From: an uncultured Acidimicrobiaceae bacterium
GTDB lineage: Bacteria > Actinomycetota > Acidimicrobiia > Acidimicrobiales > RAAP-2
NCBI GenBank assembly: GCA_964453355.1
Contig: CAYVPF010000003.1
Location: 1 to 51,996, forward strand
DNA length: 51,996 nt
Reading direction: 5' to 3'
Numbering within the stretch: position 1 is the first letter of the stretch; each line of letters opens with the position of its first letter. This document shows, in pieces, positions 41,985 through 49,867 of the stretch. The notes below the pieces were generated by a model. It ran no database searches and was not told the origin of the DNA. It worked only from the letters and a program-made list of their open reading frames with translations. The translations under genes and the position numbers were made by a program.

Positions 41985-44900
41985 ATGCAGACCGCCGGCA
42001 GCCGGGCCGCCCCGGTAGGCGAGCTCGATCCCCTCGACCGGTACCGCCGCGCCGAGGGCCGGGTCTTCATGACCGGGACCCAGGCCCTGGTCCGGCTGCT
42101 CGTCGAGCAGAGCCGGCGGGACCAGGCCGACGGCGCCCGGCCCGGGGTCCTCGTGTCCGGGTACCAGGGCTCGCCGCTGGGCGTCCTCGATCTCGAGTTG
42201 GCGCGCCACCCCGCCGTCCTGGCGGACCACGGCATCGTCCACCAACCGGCCGTCAACGAGGAGCTGGCCGCCACCGCCCTCTTGGGGACCCAACTGGTCG
42301 CCGTCGCCGGGCGACCCCGGGTCGATCGCCTGGTGGGCATGTGGTACGGCAAGGCTCCCGGTCTCGACCGGGCCTCCGACGCCATCCGCCACGCCAACCA
42401 CATCGGCTGCCCCCCGACCGGCGGCGTCCTGGCGGTGGTCGGCAACGACGCCGGGGCGAAGTCCTCCACGTTGCCGGGAGCGTCCGAGGCCAGCCTGGCC
42501 GCCCTGCAGATGCCCACCGTCTTCCCCGCCGACTCGGAAGACGTGGTCGAGCTCGGCCTCCACGGCTACGCCCTGTCCCGGCTGTCCGGGCTCTGGGTCG
42601 GCTGCAAGGTGGCCACCAGCGTGGCCGACGGCTCCCAGTCCGTCACACTGGACCGGTTGCGCCACCTGGCCCCGTCCAGACCCACCCCCGTGGACTTCGA
42701 CGGGGTGCCGTACGTCCACTCGCCCGATGCCACCCTGGCCGGCCGGAGCACCCTGGCGCTCGAGCGGTCCCTGTTCTACGCCCGCCTCGAGATCGCCCGC
42801 CGCTACATCACCGAGAACGGGCTCAACCGGACGGTGGTGGGTGGGCCGGGCGACCACCTGGGCCTGGTCGCCGCCGGCAAGACCTGGCTCGACCTCCGCC
42901 AGGCCCTGGCCGTACTCGGGCTGGACGACGGCGAGCTCGCAAAGCACGGCATCCGGCTGATCAAGCTGGGAGCCGTCTATCCCCTGGACCGAGCCGGCCT
43001 GCGCCAGCTCACCGCCGGCCTGGACGTGGTGGTGGTGGTGGAGGAGAAGCGGTCGTTCGTCGAGGCCCAGGTACGCGACCTCCTCTACCACGACCCGTCC
43101 CGGCCCCAGGTGCTGGGCAAGACCGACCAGGACGACCGGGTGCTCGTCCCCGCCGACGGCGAGCTCGACCCCGACCGCCTCGCCGCCGCCCTCGCCGGGG
43201 TGCTGGAGCGGCACCACCCCATTCCGGCGATCGGGCAGTGGCGGGAGCGGCAGCGCCCAGCAGGCCACCCGGGGGGCCGCTCGGCGGCCCTCCCCCTCAT
43301 GGTCCGGACGCCGTTCTTCTGTTCCGGGTGCCCCCACAACCGATCGGTGAAAGTGCCCGACGGGGCCCTGGTGGGCGGGGGCATCGGCTGCCACGGGATG
43401 GCCGTCCTGATGAAACCGGCCCAGGTCGGCCGGATCATGGGCCTCACCCAGATGGGCGGCGAGGGGGCCCAATGGGTGGGGATGGCCCCGTTCACCGAGG
43501 AGCCGCACGTCTTCCAGAACCTGGGCGACGGCACGTTCTTCCATTCCGGCAGCCTGGCCGTGCGGGCGGCCGTGGCGTCGGACGCCAACATCACCTACAA
43601 GATCCTGTACAACTCGGCCGTGGCCATGACCGGCGGCCAGGCCGTCATGGGGTCACGGACCGTCGGCGACCTGGCCCGGCTGCTCATGGCCGAGGGCGTC
43701 CGGCGGGTCATCGTCACCAGTGACGACCCCGGGCGGACGGCGGCGACCGGCCTGCCGTCCGGCACCGACCTCTGGCACCGGGACCGCCTGATCGAGGCCC
43801 AGGAGCTGCTGGCCGGGATCGAGGGCGTCACGGTCCTCATCCACGACCAGGAGTGCGCAGCCGAGAAGCGACGGAAGCGCAAGCGACGGACGGCGCCGGA
43901 CCCGCCCACCCGGATCTTCGTCAACCAGCGGATCTGCGAAGGCTGCGGCGACTGCGGGACCAAGTCGAACTGCCTCTCCGTCCAGTCGGTCGACACCGAG
44001 TTCGGCCACAAGACCCACATCCACCAGCCGTCGTGCAACAAGGACTACAGCTGCCTGGACGGCGACTGCCCCTCCTTCCTGTCGGTCACCCCGGCCCCGA
44101 CCGGGCGGCGGGCCGGAGCCGGACGACAGAGCAGTGCAGGACGTGGAGCCGCACCCAGCACGAGAGCAGGCGGCGACCTCGCCGCCGGCGACCTGAGCGG
44201 TGACGACCTCCCGGCCCCCACCCTGGCCACACGGGCCCACTGGACGGTGCGGTTCCTGGGCGTCGGCGGCACCGGGGTGGTCACGGCCGCCCAGGTGCTG
44301 GGCACGGCCGCCATGATCGACGGGCTGGCGGTGCGGGGGCTGGACCAGACCGGGCTGGCCCAGAAGGGCGGCCCGGTCATCTCCGACCTGGTCGTCAGCA
44401 CCGAACCGGTCGAGGGCGCCAACAAGCTGACGGACGGGGGGTGCGACCTCTACCTCGGCTGCGACCTGGTCGTGGCGGCCACCCCCGGCTATCTGGTGGT
44501 GGCCGACCGGCAGCGGACGGCCGCCGTCGCCTCCACCACCCTGGTGCCCACCGGCGACATGGTGGGCGACGCCCGTGCCACGTTCCCCGACGTCGACCGG
44601 TTCGTCGACGTCATCACCGAACGGACGGACCGGTCGCGGTCGGTCTACCTCGATGCCGACCGGATCTGCGAGACCCTGTTCGGCGGCACCGAGTTCGCCA
44701 ACACCTTCCTCGTCGGAGTGGCCTCGCAGGCGGGCCTGCTGCCGATGGGGCCCGAGGCCGTCGAACGGGCCGTCGAGCGCAACGGGGTGGCCGTCGCCAC
44801 CAACCTTCAGGCCTTCCGGTGGGGCCGGCAGGCGGTGGCCGACCGCGCCTCCCTCGACGCCGCCCTGCAGCGGGTGGTCGCCTCAAGTGGCCCGACGGAA

Positions 44901-45638
44901 CCCACCGGCCGGCGGGCCGGCCGACAACGAGCCGACGGGGGCGCCCAGGCCAATGAGCTCTGCCGGCGGGCCGGGCTGCCCGACGGTGAGGAGTTGGGAC
45001 GGCTGGTGCGGCACCGGGCCGCCGACCTCATTGCCTACCAGGACGCCGGCTACGCCGGCCGGTACGTCGACTTCGTCGGCGCTGTCCACCGGGCCGAGAC
45101 GGCCGCGGTGCCAGGCCACGAGGAGCTCACCCTGGCGGTGGCCCGGTACCTGTACAAGCTGATGGCGTACAAGGACGAGTACGAGGTGGCCCGGCTGGCA
45201 CTCGACCCCGAGGTGGCCGAACAGGTCCGGCGGGAGTTCGGCGCCGGCGCCCGGTACGGGGCCATGCTCCACCCGCCCATTCTCCGAGCCGTCGGGGTCA
45301 AGCGAAAGATCCGGCTGCAGCGGACGGCCGGGCCGACCTTCCGCACCCTGCGGGTCATGCGGAAGCTGCGGGGCACCCCGTTCGACCCGTTCGGGCACGC
45401 CCACGTCCGCAAGGTGGAACGGCAGCTGGTCACCGAGTACCGGGACCTGGTGGAGCAGGGGCTCGCCCACCTGACGGCGGCCAACCACGCCGACGTGGTG
45501 GCCGCGGCTTCCCTCCCCGACGTCGTCCGCGGGTACGAGGACATCAAGCTGCGGTCCGTCGACGAGTTCCGCCGCCGGACCACCGCCGCCCGGGCGGCGA
45601 TCGTCAGCGAACCCGCGCCCGGCCGGGCCGCAGGCTGA
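41985..45638 (+). CDS. indolepyruvate ferredoxin oxidoreductase family protein (fused alpha/beta, 1217 aa)
   Basis: RVFMTGTQALVRLLVEQ...SGYQGSPLG...CSGCPHN...ICEGCGDCG..SNC...CNKDYSCLDGDCPSF; C-terminal PFOR gamma-like part. Low-complexity linker with GDLxx x3 (44172-44216). Confidence 0.88.
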   Translation: MQTAGSRAAPVGELDPLDRYRRAEGRVFMTGTQALVRLLVEQSRRDQADGARPGVLVSGYQGSPLGVLDLELARHPAVLADHGIVHQPAVNEELAATALLGTQLVAVAGRPRVDRLVGMWYGKAPGLDRASDAIRHANHIGCPPTGGVLAVVGNDAGAKSSTLPGASEASLAALQMPTVFPADSEDVVELGLHGYALSRLSGLWVGCKVATSVADGSQSVTLDRLRHLAPSRPTPVDFDGVPYVHSPDATLAGRSTLALERSLFYARLEIARRYITENGLNRTVVGGPGDHLGLVAAGKTWLDLRQALAVLGLDDGELAKHGIRLIKLGAVYPLDRAGLRQLTAGLDVVVVVEEKRSFVEAQVRDLLYHDPSRPQVLGKTDQDDRVLVPADGELDPDRLAAALAGVLERHHPIPAIGQWRERQRPAGHPGGRSAALPLMVRTPFFCSGCPHNRSVKVPDGALVGGGIGCHGMAVLMKPAQVGRIMGLTQMGGEGAQWVGMAPFTEEPHVFQNLGDGTFFHSGSLAVRAAVASDANITYKILYNSAVAMTGGQAVMGSRTVGDLARLLMAEGVRRVIVTSDDPGRTAATGLPSGTDLWHRDRLIEAQELLAGIEGVTVLIHDQECAAEKRRKRKRRTAPDPPTRIFVNQRICEGCGDCGTKSNCLSVQSVDTEFGHKTHIHQPSCNKDYSCLDGDCPSFLSVTPAPTGRRAGAGRQSSAGRGAAPSTRAGGDLAAGDLSGDDLPAPTLATRAHWTVRFLGVGGTGVVTAAQVLGTAAMIDGLAVRGLDQTGLAQKGGPVISDLVVSTEPVEGANKLTDGGCDLYLGCDLVVAATPGYLVVADRQRTAAVASTTLVPTGDMVGDARATFPDVDRFVDVITERTDRSRSVYLDADRICETLFGGTEFANTFLVGVASQAGLLPMGPEAVERAVERNGVAVATNLQAFRWGRQAVADRASLDAALQRVVASSGPTEPTGRRAGRQRADGGAQANELCRRAGLPDGEELGRLVRHRAADLIAYQDAGYAGRYVDFVGAVHRAETAAVPGHEELTLAVARYLYKLMAYKDEYEVARLALDPEVAEQVRREFGAGARYGAMLHPPILRAVGVKRKIRLQRTAGPTFRTLRVMRKLRGTPFDPFGHAHVRKVERQLVTEYRDLVEQGLAHLTAANHADVVAAASLPDVVRGYEDIKLRSVDEFRRRTTAARAAIVSEPAPGRAAG

Positions 45639-45748
45639 CCGCCGGGCCCCGAGGGGTCCTGGCCCTCTCTCAGCTGGTCGACCGTCCACCGGCACGGCTG
45701 AACCGGCATGGAAAACTGTGCAGTCGAGGAATTGGGAGGGTCGGGCGT

Positions 45749-47899
45749 ATGCGACGAGGGTGGGGCACGACGGTCGGACGAGTGGTCGGGCGGGGGCTGG
45801 CGGTCGTCGGGCTCCTGGCCGGCGTGACGGGAGCTTCGCTGACGGTGGCAGCGGCCACGGCCGGGGTGACGGGGGCTTCGACCACCACACACGTCCAACT
45901 GTTCTGGGCCGCGTCAGCGACACCGGGCACATTCACAGTCACTGCGGCCGGCCACGTGGAGCGGGCCGCCCTGACAGGGACGGTCGGCACGCCAATCGCC
46001 CTTCCGACGGCGGCTATTGGCCTCGCGGCGGCCGACGGTTCCCTCTACTGGGCCCACTACCACTGCACACCCGGCAGCATCGGCAAGGTGTCGTTGTCGG
46101 GGGCCACACCCGATCCAGACTTCCTGACCGGCAGAACAGTGGTGGACACGCCTTTCGGCCTCACCACCGACGGCCAGCACCTCTTCTGGACCAACGGCAC
46201 ATCCGCCAGTGTCGGGCGGTCGACACTGGGGGGCGCCGCCCCGGACCGGACATTCAGCACCACCGGGACGACATTTCCCGAGGCGCTGGCCGTGAACGGC
46301 ACCAGCCTCTACTGGAGCAGCAATTCCTCGGGCACGATCAACCGGACGACACTGGCCCATCCCACATCGAGCGCGGTCATCGTCAGCGGCCTCACAGACC
46401 CCTGGGGGATCGCCGTGAGCTCCAGCGGGATCTACTGGACGCAGGATGGGCATACCGGGATCGGTCATGCCGCCCTAACAGGAGGGTCGCCGACGACAAC
46501 ATTCATCGCCGGCGTTACAGCTGACACAAAGTATCCCGAGGGCATCGCTGTCCATGGGACCTCGGTGTACTGGGCCAGCGTCGGCACCGACAGCATCGCC
46601 AGGTCATCCACCGGCGCTACCACAGTCGACCTGACATTCATCCCCGACGCCGGGATCACAAACGAGACAGAGTTCGCCTTCGCTGCCCTGGCCATCGCCA
46701 CAGTGGCCCAGGCCAGTACCACCACGGTCTCGTCGTCGGCCAACCCGTCGGCGACCGGGCAGTCGGTGACGTTCACCGCCACCGTCGCCCCCACCGCCGG
46801 TTCCGGCACGCCGACGGGGACGGTGCAGTTCGCCGCCAACGGCACCGACCTGGGGACCCCGGTGGCCGTCGGCACCGGAGGCACGGCGACGTCCCCGGCC
46901 ACCACCTCCCTGCCGTCCGGCGCCGACACCGTGACGGCCACTTACTCCGGTGACACCAGCTTCACCGGGTCCACCGGCACCCTCACCCAGACGGTCACCG
47001 CGCCGCCGCCGTCCGGCTACCGGATGACCTCCGCCGACGGCGGGGTGTTCGACTTCGGCGGGGCTCCGTTCGAAGGCTCGCTGCCCGGCGACCGCGTGGT
47101 CCCGGCAGCACCGGTGGCCGGCCTGGCGGCGGCCCCCACAGGCAACGGGTACTGGTTGGTCGGATCGGACGGCGGCGTGTACGCCTTCGGCAGCGCCGGC
47201 TACTACGGCTCCGTCCCCGGCAAGGGCACCCGGGTGGACGACGTGGTCGGCCTGGTCCCGACGACGAGTGGCTACGGCTACTGGCTGGTCGGCGCCGACG
47301 GGGCCGTGTACCCCTTCGGCGACGCCACCTCCTACGGCTCCCTGCCGTCGCTCGGCGTCACCCCGTGGGCCCCGGTGGTGGGCATGACCGCCACCTCGAC
47401 AGGCGCCGGCTACTGGCTGGTGGACGCCAGCGGCGGGGTCTACGCCTTCGGTGCCGCAACCTTCCTCGGCTCCCTGCCGGGGCTGGGGGTGGCGGTGGGG
47501 CCGGCCGGCCACAACAAGGCCACCGACGTCGTCGGTATCGCCGCCAGCCCGACCGGGCAGGGGTACTGGCTGGTGGGGGCCGACGGCGGCATCTACGCCT
47601 TCGGAAGCGCCCTGTTCCACGGCTCGCTGCCCGGCAGCGGGGTGACCCCGGCCGCGCCGGTGGTCGGCCTGGCCACCACCTCCACTGGCAGCGGCTACTG
47701 GCTGGCCGGGGCCGACGGCGGCGTCTTCGCCTTCGGGAGCGCCGGCTTCGCCGGATCGGCCGCCGGCAGTCTGTCGGCGGCGGCGGTCGGCATCTCGGCC
47801 GCCCCGGCCGCCGGCAGCCAGACGGCAACGGTACGGGCGGCATCGGCCCCGGCGGTGGACAGCTCCAGCGTCCGGTCCGACCTGCACCCGTACTGCTGA
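45749..47899 (+). CDS. secreted multi-repeat protein: signal peptide, YW(T/S)-type beta-propeller-like repeats, bacterial Ig-like domain, six GYWL-DGG-FG repeats
   Basis: GGGAGGG SD 8 nt before the ATG. N-terminus RGLAVVGLLAGVTGASLTVAAA. Motifs LYWAHY / LFWTNG / LYWSSN / IYWTQDG / VYWASVG. Ig-like STTTVSSSANPSATGQSVTFTATV...TVTATYSGDTSFTGS. Then 6 repeats of GYWLVGxDGGVYAFGxAxFxGSLPG. Confidence 0.85.
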   Translation: MRRGWGTTVGRVVGRGLAVVGLLAGVTGASLTVAAATAGVTGASTTTHVQLFWAASATPGTFTVTAAGHVERAALTGTVGTPIALPTAAIGLAAADGSLYWAHYHCTPGSIGKVSLSGATPDPDFLTGRTVVDTPFGLTTDGQHLFWTNGTSASVGRSTLGGAAPDRTFSTTGTTFPEALAVNGTSLYWSSNSSGTINRTTLAHPTSSAVIVSGLTDPWGIAVSSSGIYWTQDGHTGIGHAALTGGSPTTTFIAGVTADTKYPEGIAVHGTSVYWASVGTDSIARSSTGATTVDLTFIPDAGITNETEFAFAALAIATVAQASTTTVSSSANPSATGQSVTFTATVAPTAGSGTPTGTVQFAANGTDLGTPVAVGTGGTATSPATTSLPSGADTVTATYSGDTSFTGSTGTLTQTVTAPPPSGYRMTSADGGVFDFGGAPFEGSLPGDRVVPAAPVAGLAAAPTGNGYWLVGSDGGVYAFGSAGYYGSVPGKGTRVDDVVGLVPTTSGYGYWLVGADGAVYPFGDATSYGSLPSLGVTPWAPVVGMTATSTGAGYWLVDASGGVYAFGAATFLGSLPGLGVAVGPAGHNKATDVVGIAASPTGQGYWLVGADGGIYAFGSALFHGSLPGSGVTPAAPVVGLATTSTGSGYWLAGADGGVFAFGSAGFAGSAAGSLSAAAVGISAAPAAGSQTATVRAASAPAVDSSSVRSDLHPYC

Positions 47900-47948
47900 C
47901 CGCCGCCCGGCCCATACCGGCGGCCAGCATCGGGGCGCGGCGCAGCTC

Positions 47949-48119
47949 TCAGGTCGAGCTGGACCTTGGCAACTCGTCCACGCGCTGGGCCAAGTGCTCG
48001 ATCGCCCGCACCACCCGACCGAGAAGGTTCATGGCGTCACCGATGTCGGGATGCGCCCCCTCCTCGATCCGGTCCACACCGGGGTCCAGGATCTGGCGCA
48101 CCTCTTCCAGGGCCGTCAT
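47949..48119 (-). CDS. hypothetical 56-aa protein translationally coupled to the hemerythrin gene
   Basis: Hand translation gives MTALEEVRQILDPGVDRIEEGAHPDIGDAMNLLGRVVRAIEHLAQRVDELPRSSST*. The ATG shares one nt with the hemerythrin TGA (TGATG). Mostly G/C third positions. Below the track cutoff. Confidence 0.4.
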   Translation of the reverse strand: MTALEEVRQILDPGVDRIEEGAHPDIGDAMNLLGRVVRAIEHLAQRVDELPRSSST

Positions 48120-48685
48120 CAGTTGGCGGCCTTGATGCGGTCGACCAGCTTGTCCTTGGCCGCGGAGACCCGCTCGGCGACCTTGGCCACCGCCTCCTGC
48201 GCATCAAAAGCCGGGGGCTGGCTCGGGCCGCGAGGGTGGGGCTTGTCCGGAGCCACCTTCTTCTTCTTCACCAGCTGCTCCCCGAGCGCTTCGAGCTCCG
48301 CTCGTGAGAGAGACTTCCGCACGGCCGGGAAGAGGTCCTTTTCCTCCTCCTTGACGTGGTGGGTGACGCTCTCGGTCAACACCACCACCTTCGGGGCGAA
48401 GTTCTCGGCGTCGGGCGCCAGGTCATCCAGCTCGGACAGCAGCCACTTCACCACATGGTGCTCCTCGATGGCCTCCAGGACGTCCGAGTTCAGCGACGGC
48501 ACGCCCTGGCGGACCGCCGGGTAGAAGACCTGCTCCTCGATGAAGGCGTGAACCGACAGCTCCCGGATCATGTCATCCACCAGCTTCCGCCGGGTCTTGA
48601 CGGCCCGATCGGTCGTCGCCTCGAACTTGTCGAAAAGTGCCTTCACCCGTTGGTGGTCGTCTTTGAGGATCGCGATGGCATCCAT
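48119..48685 (-). CDS. hemerythrin-domain protein
   Basis: MDAIAILKDDHQRVKALFDKFE...SVHAFIEEQVFYPAVR...EEHHVVKWLL...HVKEEEKDLFP. I prefer ATG at 48685 over the TTG at 48718, whose codons have low GC3. Confidence 0.82.
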   Translation of the reverse strand: MDAIAILKDDHQRVKALFDKFEATTDRAVKTRRKLVDDMIRELSVHAFIEEQVFYPAVRQGVPSLNSDVLEAIEEHHVVKWLLSELDDLAPDAENFAPKVVVLTESVTHHVKEEEKDLFPAVRKSLSRAELEALGEQLVKKKKVAPDKPHPRGPSQPPAFDAQEAVAKVAERVSAAKDKLVDRIKAAN

Positions 48686-48761
48686 GTAGGGGCGATGCCC
48701 TCGTGGGCTTCCGGCCAAACGGAGGTGGAGTACCGCCGCGGGTCCCGGCGGCCACCGGTCT

Positions 48762-49856
48762 CTATACGTTGAAGCGGAACTCCACGACGTCGCCGTCGCG
48801 CATCACGTAGTCCTTGCCCTCGATCCGGGCCTTGCCGACGGCCCGGGCGGCGGGGACCGAGCCGGCGGCCATGAGGTCGTCGTAGCTGACGATCTCGGCC
48901 TTGACGAAGCCGCGCTGGAAGTCGGTGTGGATGACCCCGGCGGCCTGGGGGGCGGTGTCGCCGACGTGGATGGTCCAGGCCCGGGCCTCCTTGGGGCCGG
49001 CGGTCAGGAAGGTCTGGAGGCCGAGGGTGCGGAAGCCGACGTGGACCAGCTGCTCCAGGCCGGACCGGTCCTGGCCGTAGCCGGCCAGTAGCTCGGCCGC
49101 GTCCGCCGGCTCCAAGGCGGCCAGCTCGGCCTCGATCTGGGCGCACAGCACCACCGACTCGGCCGGGGCCACCAGGGCGGCCAGGGCGGCGTGCCGGTCG
49201 GCGTCGGCCAGGCCGGCCTCGTCGACGTTGAAGACGTAGATGAACGGCTTGGCGGTGAGCAGGTGCAGGTCCGCCAGCAACTCCAGGGCCGCCGGGTCGA
49301 GGTCGCCGGTGGCCGCCGCAGCCGAGATGGTGCGGCCGCCGTCCAGGATCTCGCGGGCCGCGGTGGCAGCGGCCAGGGCCGGGGCCAGCTCCGACCGCAT
49401 CCGGGCCTCACGGGTGAGCTTGGCCAGGCGGTTGTCGACGGTCTGCAGGTCGGCCAGGACCAGCTCGGTGTTGACGGTGCCGATGTCCCCGTCGGGGTCC
49501 ACCCGGCCGTCGACGTGGACGACGTCGTCGTCGTCGAACGCCCGGACGACCTGGCAGATGGCGTCGGTCTCCCGGATGGCGGCCAGGAACTGGTTGCCCA
49601 GCCCCTCCCCCTCGGACGCCCCGCGGACGATGCCGGCGATGTCGACGAAGGTGACCGACGCCGGGACCACCCGTTCGCTGCTGTACAGCGACGCCAGCCG
49701 CTCCAGCCGGGGGTCCGGGACGGCGACCACGCCGACGTTGGCGTCGATGGTGGCGAACGGGTAGTTGGCGGCCAGGACGTCGTTGCGGGTGAGGGCGTTG
49801 AACAGGGTGGACTTGCCGACGTTGGGCAGCCCGACGATGCCGATGGACAGGGACAC
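48762..49856 (-). CDS. ychF: redox-regulated ATPase YchF
   Basis: VSLSIGIVGLPNVGKSTLFNALT...FVDIAGIVRGASEGEGLGNQFL...C-terminal TGS-like ...DYVMRDGDVVEFRFNV. Trimmed to GTG at 49856 (364 aa). Confidence 0.92.
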   Translation of the reverse strand: MSLSIGIVGLPNVGKSTLFNALTRNDVLAANYPFATIDANVGVVAVPDPRLERLASLYSSERVVPASVTFVDIAGIVRGASEGEGLGNQFLAAIRETDAICQVVRAFDDDDVVHVDGRVDPDGDIGTVNTELVLADLQTVDNRLAKLTREARMRSELAPALAAATAAREILDGGRTISAAAATGDLDPAALELLADLHLLTAKPFIYVFNVDEAGLADADRHAALAALVAPAESVVLCAQIEAELAALEPADAAELLAGYGQDRSGLEQLVHVGFRTLGLQTFLTAGPKEARAWTIHVGDTAPQAAGVIHTDFQRGFVKAEIVSYDDLMAAGSVPAARAVGKARIEGKDYVMRDGDVVEFRFNV

Positions 49857-49867
49857 CGACCGGCTCC

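Noticed and set aside
41955-43723. Long ORFs 41955..43544 (-) and 42341..43723 (+) overlapping the IOR gene
   Set aside because: These are alternative-frame or antisense artefacts. Only the 41985..45638 frame shows IOR motifs (TPP-binding and 4Fe-4S Cys clusters).
45749-47899. Diversity-generating retroelement targeting the repeat protein (prompted by the A-rich codon anomaly)
   Set aside because: There is no reverse transcriptase and no template/variable repeat pair in the window. The anomaly is in the N-terminal half, not in a C-terminal variable region.
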